Shown in pieces: positions 12,075-23,095 of a DNA stretch of 64,000 bases. The DNA is from Squalus acanthias (lineage: Eukaryota), in assembly GCA_030390025.1 (NCBI GenBank), contig CM059449.1, positions 36,332,001-36,396,000 on the forward strand, written 5' to 3'. A model generated the notes under the pieces. It had not been told where the DNA came from. It ran no database searches and saw only the letters and a program-made list of their open reading frames with translations. Both the position numbers and the translations under genes were made by a program. Numbering within the stretch: position 1 is the first letter of the stretch; every line of letters starts with the position of its first letter.

Positions 12075-12624
12075 AAATTAAATAAATCTGTTGGACTATA
12101 ACCTGGTGTTGTGCGACTTCTCATTTTTGTCCACCCCAGTCCAACGCCGGCATCTCCACATCATATTTTATTAATGTGATGGCTTTTTTTAAAATTTAAT
12201 TGAGGTTTAGCTGTTCTTTTGGGGGTGTGGAGTATTCATAGCTTTGACAGGTCTTCCTGTCAAAACTATGAATGAAAGATGGTGTGCTGCCATTGGCTCT
12301 AACTGAATCACGTGATCTCAGAGCTCGCACGAACTAATTGCGTCTCTGGGTCACGCAAGCACTGCACGGTTCCAACAGAGAGAGCCTTTGAAACTAAAGT
12401 TCGTGTGGGCCCGGAGCAAAAAGGTAGGCGCGGAGTGCGATATCGCGGGGAATCCTTACCCCCGCGGGAACCATCCATGTTTAATTTCTGGGCCAATATT
12501 ACAAATATCATGAATTAAATGTAATAATACAAATGCCATTCAATAAACACTGGTGGTGGTGGGGAGGGGTGCATTTTTATCTGTTGGACCAGGTAAAATT
12601 TGATCAATGCTGAATCGGCCACCC

Positions 12625-13030
12625 ACTTTACACCATGTCCGAGCCTGGAGGAGTCCGTGTTCCATGTATGTATCGAATGTGAGAGGTTGCAGCCCCTCTT
12701 CCATTATTTGAAGCGCCTGCTCCTCGATTTTTCGCTGCACTGCAGGCCCACGCTCCTGATCTTTGGTCACTCCGTGCGGAGGGGAACGGGCAGATCGGGG
12801 GGCCTCCTTGTAGGGACTGGCCAAAGTGGCTATCAACTGGTCCAGGCAGCAGGCGATCGAGGGGATCGTTCGGACCAACTGCCTGCCTCTCTTCTGCGGC
12901 CACGTTCACGCCCGGGTGGCCCTGGAGATGGAGCACCCGGTGTCCGCCGGCATGCTCAAGGCCTTCCGCGACCGGTGGGCATTGCAGAGACTGGAGTGCA
13001 TCATCATCCCCGTAACCAAATTTTAATTTA
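12625..13030 (+). mobile_element. Tx1/L1-clade LINE 3' fragment
   Basis: CPSLEESVFHVCIECERLQPLF (CCHC-type C-terminal motif)...LAKVAINWSR...FRDRW, frameshifted. Confidence 0.7.
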
Positions 13031-13675
13031 CGATGTTAAGTTTGCTTTAATGGTTATTTTTAGTTACAGTTTATTTGTTTATAATGTGCACCTAAAGAAT
13101 TCAACATGTCCGATTTTCAGAAAATCGATTAAGCTGTAAAACAACAGCTGATTCACAGGCGCCCATATTTTGCCCGTTTTAAACCACATCTCATTTTATT
13201 TATCGATCGCGGTGTAAAACAACAGCTGATTCACAGGCGACCGTATTTTATCATGTTATGAAAGTGAAATTCAACTTTAGCAGGGTTGCTGAACGGGTGG
13301 GAGCGGAAAAGCCGCCTGTTATAGACCCGGCCCATTTTACTGTGAAGGGAATGGGAAGGAAAATCAATCAGCATGTATAAAGGGTGGCCTCGCTGCTACT
13401 GCCCATTTTACACACACCGATACTGAATTTCGCCCCCTGTATGACCAATTTCATTCATTGGGGTTAATGTTACCTTCCAGAGATGGTGTAAAATGGCTGA
13501 TATCCAATTAGTTGTCCATTATACACCTCGCCTAATGTTCCCTTCCACTGAAGTCAATGGAAGGGAAAATCAGGCGGGTGTATATCAGGCGGTTCGATAT
13601 CACTCATGTTACACTATCCCCCAAGTTTAAATGAACCCTGTCGTTCGCTGCATTCATTCAAACGAATACACTCAC

Positions 13676-13936
13676 TTGATGTTTGATTGTTCTGCTGCAA
13701 CCATCTATCAACCGGTCCCTTGATGAGTCCGTGGAAACCAGCTAGAGTACTTGTGTATTCGTCCCAGTAGCTTTTGTCAAATGCTTCCGCCATCCATTGC
13801 TGTCTTGGAACAGTTATTTTCATATTTTTGTCGTAATAGTCTATCTCACAGCCATCCAAAAGCCTCATAACACTGTACTCCGGCAGATCAGCAATCCCAT
13901 GGTTCAGGGTGTAGTAATATAACAGAGAGTGAGACT
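13676..13936 (-). CDS. MHC class I-like heavy chain, exon 2 (alpha1 domain)
   Basis: 261-nt phase 1-1 exon with a CTAG acceptor and GTGAGT donor. Reads ESHSLLYYYTLNHGIADLPEYSVMRLLDGCEIDYYD...PRQQWM...SYWDEYT...NNQTS, with the class I SHSL start, the YW motif and the N86-type sequon NQT. Confidence 0.95.
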
Positions 13937-15797
13937 CTAGGATATAATAAAAAAAACATAATTGGCATATCAAATATCAGAAATATCCGTTTGCAAAACA
14001 ACTTCGGAAAAATAATTTATTCCGAAAAATGAGAGATCACTGGATATTTTGCCATCGCTCCCGTATTAAACCATTGCAGAGAAGACAAAATGAGCCTTAA
14101 TATTTAATGTTATCCATTTACAAGAATATTCCCATTTTCCAAATAAATGAAAAATGTGATGGTTCGAATAAATTACATCAGCTCATCTCATTTGTAAATC
14201 GTAACTTTAAGATTTTAGTCCCACGTCTGACCTGGGGATTCTTTGGTGAATTAGTGAGGAAGTGCATCCAGAATTATGGTACTAAGCCGTGCAGAATCCA
14301 CCCCTAGTGCGTGCGCAGTGATCTACTCCCAGCCCGCTGCTTGTAGCGACATTAAAATTGGCCTCAGATTTACTGAGCGAAAGAGGGGGAAAAGCAGCTT
14401 GAATATATGCAAATTGCGGTTAAAGGAGGTTATCAGGGCCCTCAGCAATATTTCCCTCTCTGCCCACATTGTTACCGCTAGTTCCTGATCCTGCCGACAC
14501 ACTGGAACCACTCGGGAGGCAGATATTACAGGGATCCTCAGTTGGTCTGAAATAAAATGCTGGAATATTTAGGAGACATTTTACTTCTATTTTGTTGTAG
14601 GATTTCACTACTTAATCTATTTAAATTTCTTGTACTGGCTGCTGAATATTTTGAACTGTTAATGGACTTCTCGTAATTTCACTCTGGAATGTAGTGGAGT
14701 GTCAGTTGTGATTGGAGGAGAGCCATGGGAAGTCTGAAGGGAAGGATTAGTAGAGCAGCGGCTAACTTCAGGCGGTGCGAGGCTGTGCAGATAGTAAGAG
14801 AGACGTGAAGCCGAGTCTGACCTTGTCAGTCCTGGTGAGGTCATTACGTTTCCTCCTGCAATGCAGCTAGATCCTTGGGAAAATGGAATATAAATTTGTC
14901 TTGGGTGGCAGCGCGGAATGGGCGACAGCGAATCAGCAGCCAGCTTTGCCCGCCGCCTGAATTTCTACTCGATTGAAGTCTTTGGAAAAGAAAATTGGAC
15001 GATAGCCAAAACAGGCTGTCGATCTCCATCAGCCGCTGTCGGTTACCATGCACTTTATACCCAATGTTGCTGCAATTAACTTGCTCATCCACCTCTCGCC
15101 ATTACAGCTGACTAATTTGACGGGCCTATCATTACCTATTAGAGGAGTCGAGGTCCTCAGTACCAGTGCTAACTTGCTCTTCAAGCGCCTCCACCGTTGC
15201 CCAGAGAATCGGAGGACACCTGACCATGTCATGAAAGCTGCTGCTCCAGTAAGTCGCTCTCCATTAACCACCCTTGAAAAGTGCATCGTCCCTTTAAGGG
15301 ACTGCAGGAAGCCTTTAAATCAAAAGGTCTTGGCGCTCATTTCATGTAAATGAAGCCGGATCATGAAATTATACTGTCCCCACCAACTTAATCTATCAGA
15401 CAGGCGGAGCATAGGTTTACCAACCCTCCAGAACTATCCCGCAGTCTCCAGGAATTAAATATTAATCTCCTGGACACCGCTGCAAGAAACTAGAGAGAAA
15501 GATAACAACAACAGCACAACAATCACAATTACAATAATATTAGAGCTGGGAACAGAAGGCGGGTTGACTGGGCTGGAGGTCATGTGATGAAAGCTCCTGG
15601 AATGAGTCCAACCAACGTTGCCAACACGTCGGCCTGAATCACCGCACAAATTCCCATCTATGATTGAGGGACATTACTTCAGTCCTGCAGTAACTCTCTG
15701 GCGTGTTTCTTAACCGTCCAACGCCACACGAGGCCCTATCGTCACCTCACCATTTCAACCAACACAGGAGCTCCCCCAGGGCATCCGCAAGGTCCGA

Positions 15798-15981
15798 GGC
15801 AGTCAGTGTAACCCGGACTAAACAAGAGGGCAGTCAGTGTAACCCGGACTAAACATCGGGGCAGTCATTGTATCCCGGACGAAACACGGGGCAGTCAGTG
15901 TAACCCGGACTAATTACGGAACAGGCAGTATAACCCGGACTAAACACGGGGGCAGTCGGTGTATCCCGGACTAAACCCGGG
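15798..15981. repeat. Minisatellite, 6 x ~30-31 bp (GGCAGTCAGTGTAACCCGGACTAAACACGGG) in MHC intron 1
   Basis: Six adjacent copies with no spacers. Confidence 0.95.
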
Positions 15982-18320
15982 TCAAATACTTTGTTCATGA
16001 TGGCGGTCTAGTGCAATAATGAATATAGCCGCACAACTCCTGTCATTTGACTTACCAGGAACCACCCTTTGAAAAAAGTAAAGGCTCACTAAAGCAAAGA
16101 GGAACATGTTTCAGGGAGTCACTCAGTGAAAACCCTGTACAGCGAGACGGGAAAGTTATGTCGTTGCCCGAACCTCTCCCACATTATTCTACTTATCTCG
16201 TTTAGTGAAACTCATTCTATCCAATGGGAATGAACTCACCTCCCGTCACTGGGGAGGGAATCTCTGGCTCTATTCCCAACATTAGGAACTGCGGGCAGAA
16301 TTGGATTAGAAAATAACACACTGGTCAATGGCAAAGACTTGAAACTGGAGGAAGACTGGGACACAAGTTGAAGGCATCGGCGAGAATATTACCCACTGAA
16401 CCTGATCGTTAGCGATTATAGAGCTGGCTGTTAAAAGCAGCAGCAATCTCCAATCCTGTGTTTGCACCTTATCAGAAGAGGTGCAAACCTCACTGGCAAA
16501 TACAGCCTCGCCTTGTTAAGGTCAATGAAAGGCCAATCACAGGCTGGTCACTTTCAGTGTTTCTGCTGGGTGATAGAAAGTTTACAAGCTACACAATCTG
16601 AAAATTCAACACTCCTCCGTTTCAGTGGCGGTGTAAATATATCTGCTTTGAACAGATTGAGGCTCTGCTAAAATAGTGGAAAGAGGAATTTCAGACCAAG
16701 ATACAAATACACTTGTTCATTGAGCCTTATTACTCGCTGTACCGCCATACATGTTCTGCCTAAAATTACTGTTGGCAATATTACTGAGACATGTTACTGT
16801 CCATTGCTGTAACACAGGTGATATCCCACTTGTTTTAAGCAGGCTACACCATTAAAATAACAGGCAAAGTAATGTTACACCAATATGGTAAACGTTTCAC
16901 CTCCAATATCACCAACATTAATTTAGGAACAGGAGGAGGCCATTCATCCCCTCGAGACTTTTACTGCCATTCAATTAGATCATGGCTGATCTTTATTTTA
17001 ACTCCATCCAATCATGGAATAATACAGCACAGAAGGAGGCCATTCGGCCCATTGTGCCTGTGTCGTCTCTTTGGTATAACGAGCCAATTAGTCCCATTCA
17101 CCTGCTCTTTCCCCATAGCTCTGTATTTTAATTTCCCTTTAATTATTTGTCCAATTCCATTTTCAAAGTTTCTGTTAAATCGGCTTCCAACTGATGTCCT
17201 GAGCTGGTGAAAGGCGCTGTAGAAATGCAAGTCTTTCTTTCTATCTATCTTTCTTCCGCAGCAGCTGTAACAGGTGCCGAAAGCTGCCTCTGGTGTTCAC
17301 CCCGAACAGCTCCAGGCTGTGAGCAGCAGGCACTGATCAATTCCAACAGTCAGTGGGCTCGATCTTGACTTTGTGCGATAGTGTAAAACGGGCGATAGCC
17401 AGTCGGCAGCCCCTTTTACAGCTCTCCAGATTTTTACTGCCATTGAACTCAATAGAAGGGGGAAACGGGGAGAAAGATGGAAAACGGGCGGCCGACTCGC
17501 TCTCGCCCTCTTTACACCATCGCACAGAGTCAACATGAGCCCGAATGGAACCGCACATGGTGGGAATCCGCTACAAACAGCTAATGTTGCAAACATGCAG
17601 CAGGTCAATGTGAAAGAGACGGAGAAGTTAACTCTGGGAGCTCAATCTTCACCCGAACCTGCACGGAACGCCTCAAAGCTTCATTCTAAAGCGAGTCGGA
17701 AAGTGTAAAAGAGGTTCCCGGGTCGCTGGAACCCGTTTCCCCCTGTGATGAAAGTGAACCCCTCCCTCTGTATTTTTAATGAATTGTCCGATTTATTGGG
17801 AGGTTTAAAAGGTTTTCCAAGTTCCCAGGAGGTAGAAAGAAGCTTTTAAAATGCAGCTTCCCGCCGGCTGGAGTTAAACTGAAACAGGTGCGACCCCAAA
17901 CCGACTGAGCCGCTTTCCTGCAGGAGTCTCGCCGCTGGGCTCTGGGTCACTCAGGGGGTCAGGTCGGGACTGGGCTCGCAGTTATACTGACACTTCCGTA
18001 CCCGCAAGCCGCTTAGCGGGAACAAACTGTCCGTCCCCCTCCTGCTTATCAGAGCGAACATACAAGCTGTCACAGTAACTGAGCGGTAATGTCAGGCTGT
18101 CCGGACAGTAATGGACATCATCTAATCCAAGCAAAGGGATCAGCGAGCCTGAGAAGCAAGATGGAGATTCCAATCCCGCTTCCTTGGTTCACTTCCGCAC
18201 AAACTGTCCAGTTTCCCTGTGTGAAACACCTGATGTGACCGAGAGGCCTGCCGGTTACAGTCTAAGATCAGAGGGTGAGCCTGGAGACATTCAAGGATGC
18301 AGCGGTAACCGGCTACTCAC

Positions 18321-18372
18321 CAGACAGGGCCGCTTGTAGGCGGAAGAAACTCAGTACAAGTGACAGAAACAT
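18321..18372 (-). CDS. MHC class I-like heavy chain, exon 1 (leader peptide)
   Basis: ATG at 18372 reads MFLSLVLSFFRLQAALS plus 1 nt, then the donor GTGAGT. Phase 1 joins in frame to the alpha1 exon. It sits in a GC/CpG-rich segment with CCAAT and TGACG motifs upstream. Confidence 0.85.
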
Positions 18373-18488
18373 GCCGTCCCTTCCGTCCGCCAACCTGCCG
18401 TCTCTCCCAGTGACAGAACAAGATTGAGCGCCTTGAATGGAACCGAGCCCAGCTTCACTCACAAGTGGGCAGTGCGGGAGCTCACCAT

Positions 18489-18558
18489 CCAATCGCAGTA
18501 AAGATACGTCACTGATTGTTCAGGGCTGTCCCTGAACCGTGAGCAGCACCGAAACTGA
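18489..18558 (-). promoter_or_regulatory. Candidate MHC class I proximal promoter (partial ISRE, X2/CRE-like TGACGTA, Y-box ATTGG)
   Basis: The minus strand reads AGTTTCGG (near 18556), then CAGTGACGTA (TGACG 18511-18507), then GATTGG (CCAAT at + 18489-18493), 117-185 bp upstream of the ATG. Same order as class I ISRE-X2-Y modules; the X2-Y spacing is 13 nt. Confidence 0.55.
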
Positions 18559-20379
18559 CTCACAGTCCAAGGCCTGCGCCATGTGGCCATGGACAACACA
18601 CGGCGGGCGGTTAGAAATATGTTTAAAACAGCGCTCCGGGGGTTATGTTGTATAATTGATCACAATTAATATATTGTCTGAATCTAGCGGGAAACGCCCT
18701 CGTTGCCGCAGAGAGTCGAGTGATAAACTATTCAGCTTGTTGAACCTCAATACAGTGAACCACCGAAGTTCATATCACGGCAATTAAACCCTTCCTGACC
18801 CCGTGGGGCTATTTTAACCTAACCCGCCCGGCCGAACAACTACCGGCATCGGGGGCAACGCTGGTTTTACCCCGCGCCCAATTTTATTCTCCATTGAATT
18901 CAGTGGAGAGTAATATTGTGCGGGAGCGGGAAAGCAGCGTTCCACCCGCCCCGTGGGATCCCGCCCAGCCACTCAGGTTCAAATTGCCCCAAACTGCGGC
19001 TGTCATTGCAGCAGTGGCGTGTGGGCTAATATTTCTTTTTTTTCATTCCAGCTTACTTTACACTTGAACTGACATTACTTTGTGCTTCTGAGCTGTCAAA
19101 CCAAACTGTAAAATATAAAGTCAAAGTACTGAGTAAAAATAAGGACCGAATGACCTGACTTTCAAATGGGAGCTGAATTATTCTAGGAAAAACACCCAAT
19201 GCTCCAACCATCTCAATTATTACAATTCCTAAATTACCCTAAATCTTCTTATGTAACTATGAGTTATATAAAACCAAAGGTTTCTATCAGTAAGGAGAGA
19301 AGGCAGGAATTATAGATAGATGGAGATGAATGATGTCTGGGCGCCTTGGTCCAGTTTTCCCCAAGCCTCGAACCCACCTCACTGGAATAATACACTCGGT
19401 GCTAGATGTTTAATAGAAGGGAATTCAGGCGGGTTCTGCAAATGGTGTGGGAGCCTCTCCATCTGGTTTTACTCTGTGCTCCGCCAGGCGAGGCTTAATA
19501 TCCAGGCGGTAAAGATGGGAATCTGCCCCATGGTCATCACCTTGTGAGCAATGTCAACAGCGACATCAGAAGCACTGGTTTCTTGGTTGCATTTTCACGG
19601 TTTGGAAACAGAACTCTAACCTTGATGAGTGTTTAGTGAAACAAGTTGCAACAGTTTGTTGTGAATACGCACAATATTCCTTCAAGGTGGGCAATTAAAA
19701 AATGTTGCTTTGTTGGTGTTTCCGTCTCCAACAAAGAGTAGATGTGTCCCTCTGATCTGTGTTGACGTTGCTATTTTATCCAAGGCTGCGACCTGGTGGG
19801 ATGTGGGATTAGAATTAGCCTCCCTGTTATGGGCTGGCAGATTCCAGGTACACATTGCTGCTCGATATTGAGAGAACAGCCGCTGGAAGATCCTTGGGCA
19901 CCTATGTTGGATCGGTCTGTGCTGCGCTGCACTGCCCCTCACAGTGGAATATCCTGCTTACTCTCATTCTATGGGCTCGCACCTGAAAGGTGATCTCATC
20001 AGAGAAATGAGAGAGGTCGCAGGCACCCGCAGAACTCTGTCTCAGCATGAGGTACCAACTCTACTAGAGGAGGGCGAGGTCACAGAATGAGAGGGAAATT
20101 CAGAGAGAAAGTGTAAAAACCAAACCAGTGAAAGACGTCTGATTACATTTCTCCCAGCAATTGTTTAAGTCTTTTTAAACTAGATTGTCCCACTAACTTA
20201 TCTAACTTTCCCATGTTTCCACTTTCCCAAAGACTCTCATGCTCCCGTGGGTGAAATTGGCATTTTATCCATTTACTAGTCTCTACATTTTACAATATTA
20301 TTTTTAAAATGCGAGCACTGGGTTTTGTGACACCTGCGGGCCCCTAGAATGATTCACGCCTGGAGGCTCTTCCTCTTGT

Positions 20380-20393
20380 AGTTTCACTTCCTC
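20380..20393. promoter_or_regulatory. ETS-IRF composite/ISRE-like element upstream of the class I gene
   Basis: AGTTTCACTTCCTC (GAGGAAGTGAAACT on minus) matches the GGAANNGAAA consensus. A second IRF-like motif GTTTCCACTTTCCC lies at 20215-20228. Confidence 0.4.
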
Positions 20394-20659
20394 TGAAAGA
20401 ATTAGCATTGCATTTGAAGAATTATTCAATTCAAGATTCTGTAGAACTTCCAAGTTCCCTGAGAGCACAACAATCGTTTCATGATCACTTTAAACTGTAA
20501 ACGTATTTCTTTATTTTTCTGTTATTGTATGTTCGTACAGAACCAGATTTGATATCAGAGAGAATCCAATTACTCCTCCGATACCTACTGCTCTACCGTG
20601 ACTCCACCAAGCTTCTGCATTGTTGTTTGATCCGATTACATGGAATTACACATTAGAAT

Positions 20660-22230
20660 CTTCATCACAGGAACAAGCCATTCGCCTAACTGGTCTATAT
20701 GTTTGTTTATACTCCACAGGGGTGTTATCCTAATCTAATTACTGCTTCACACTCTGCCCCTATATACCCCTATATTCCCTCCTCCCTCAGGTATGTATCA
20801 AGCCCATTCTTAAATATAGCAATGCTCTCTGCTTCAACCATTCCACGTGGCAGCGAGTTCGACATCTCAGCACTCTGTGTGTAAGGAAATGCCTCCGAAA
20901 TTCTTTACTTAATCTGTAAGTGTCTACAAGAAACCAGCCCCAGCCCAGCCCAATCTTTCCTCATAGTTGTGTCCTCTCAACTCTGATAACATCTTGCAAA
21001 TATTTTCTGTACGTTCCCCAGTTCTTCAATATCCTTTTTGTAGCATGGAGTCCAGAACTGCCCAAAATGCTCCAAATCTGATCTAACCAAGACTCTGTAT
21101 CAATGTAACATTACATAGAAACATAGAAACATAGAAAATAGGTGCAGGAGTAGATCATTCGGTCCTTCGAGCCTGCATCGCCATTTAATGCGTTCATGGC
21201 TGAACATGCTACCTCAGTACCCCATTCCTGCTTTCTCGCCATACCCCTTGATCCCCCTAGTTGTGAGTATTATATCTAACTCCCTTTTGAATATATTTAG
21301 CGAACTGGCCTCAACAACCTTCTGTGGTAGAGAATTCCACAGATTCACCACTCTCTGGGTGAAGAAGTTCCTCCTCATCTCAGTCTTAAATGGCTTCCCC
21401 TTTATCCTTAGACTGTGACCCCTGGTTTTAGTTTCCCTAACATTAACTCCCAGTGTTTTGTTATATTCTGCTCGAAATGAACCCCAGTACTTTGTTTGCA
21501 ATTTTTATGGTCGTATCACCTTCCGTTGCTACTTCGAAGGATTTGTGCATCTGTGTTTACAGATCTGTTTGCTCTTCTACCACATTTACTTTCTTACCTT
21601 CCAAGGAATAATTACACTCCTTATTCCTCCTACCAAAAATAACCACCTCACTATTCGCCATATTGAATTTAATTTGTCATTTATCTGCCCACTCTGCGAG
21701 CCTGTTTGTGTCTTCTTGTATTTTAGTGCAGTCTCCACATTATTGGCTGCACACCCCAATTGGTATCGTGTGCAAATTTCCACACCAGGAGGGAAAAACC
21801 CCCCAGGAAATGTCTAATGGATGGCTGATCACCAAATTCAAAATCATCCCCCATACATCGACACACTGAGTCCAAATCATTGATGTTTGTGGTGGACCAC
21901 AGTGGTCCCAGCACAGATCCCCGCGGGACAACACTTCCCACTTGCTGACAGTCTGGGAAACTTCCCTTATCACCCACCCCCATGTTGTGTATTCTAACCA
22001 TCTTTCAATTCAGTCTGATACCTGACCTCTGACTCCACAGGCTCTGACCCTTGCCATGAGCTTCTTATCGAGCACCTTATGGAAGGCCTTTTGAATGTCC
22101 ATCTAGATCACACCTACTGCATTGCCCTTGTGTATTCTTTCCATTAATTCTTCAACTTATTCAATAAGGTTGGTTAAACGTGGCCTTCCTTTTACAAACC
22201 CATGCTGACAATTTTATATTATATTCTCCA
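20660..22230 (-). mobile_element. Old CR1 LINE with a younger CR1 3' end nested at ~21113-21435
   Basis: Degenerate RT motifs (VPRGSVLGP..INDLD). The nested piece has an (ACATAGAA)n tail and KTEMRRNFFTQRVVNLWNSLP. Confidence 0.8.
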
Positions 22231-22664
22231 GGGGTAAATTGATCTCGGGCCCAGCGCAAAACAGGCGATGGTGAAGTGACTGGAAAACATTTAATTTAAG
22301 TGACATAAAGTGGGATGTCCAAAAATGAGTAAATTATATATTGCAACCTATATACTTCTAGCGTTTAATAATCAAGTCAAATGTGTTTTATTATAATTCT
22401 TCTACTGAATTCAAATCTGGCGACTGGGAAACAGGCGTCTGACACGAACTCACCCCGTCCCTGCCGGGTTAGGTTAAAATTACCACCAGATGATGTAATT
22501 CATTATCTGGAAGCAATATATGTCAGAAGGACACAGAGAATTATGAACACAGATGTGTACACTAAGGCTTCGTCTGATATTCCATCCTGCTCATCAACTT
22601 CGTGATATTTAATTTGTTTCCACTATCTATAGCAACAGTGACACTAAATATTATGTCAGTGATT

Positions 22665-23095
22665 CTGTGGGGAGACTAGAGAAGCTGGGATTGTTCTCCT
22701 TCGAGCGGAGATGGTTAAGCTGTAATAGACTTGATGAAAATCATGAAGGGATTGGACAGAGTAAATAAGGAGCAACTATTTCCACTGAAAGAAGGGTCAT
22801 GTAATGAAAGGATTCAGATTTATGGTAGTTGGCAAAGGAACCACAGGTGAGATGAGGAGAGTTTATTTTACAAAGTGAGTTGCTGTAATCTGGAATGCAC
22901 TGCATGAAAGGGTGATGGAAGCAGATTCAATTATAACTTTCAAACGGGAAATGTATAAATATTTGAAGGGAAGAGAATTGCAGGTTTTGGGGAAAAAGCA
23001 GGGGAGTGCGACTAATTCAATAGCTCTTTCATAGAGCCGGCACAGGCTAGATTGGCCGAATGGCCTCCTCCTCCTATGCTGTAAAGTTCCATAAT
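22665..23095 (+). mobile_element. CR1 LINE 3' fragment
   Basis: Homologous to 6762-7095 and to the reverse complement of 35370-35800. Confidence 0.8.

Larger units (their letters stand above)
9333..12163 (-). mobile_element. Penelope-like retroelement (GIY-YIG endonuclease 3' fragment, inverted pseudo-LTRs), partly duplicated
   Basis: SCDSANVVYLIRCSKGC..WYIGET...LRQRMNGH...EQKLIAKFRT...GLNRD is a PLE GIY-YIG domain with one frameshift. Inverted arms lie at about 10945-11224 and 11849-12124, with a short tail at 12125-12163. The target duplication TATTTTATTAATG is at 9320-9332 and 12164-12176. Confidence 0.9.
8888..12494 (+). mobile_element. Same MITE family, copy 2, interrupted by a Penelope-like element and a tandem duplication
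   Basis: AAT|GGCCCGAAAATT ... AATTTCTGGGCC|AAT. The two halves (8888-9332 and 12164-12494) rejoin to match the uninterrupted copy at 29799-30560. Confidence 0.85.

Noticed and set aside
15798-15981. CRISPR-like array
   Set aside because: The units are contiguous with no unique spacers, and the context is eukaryotic; it is a minisatellite.
19700-19990. Possible decayed Harbinger transposase on the minus strand
   Set aside because: The resemblance is faint and needs several frameshifts.
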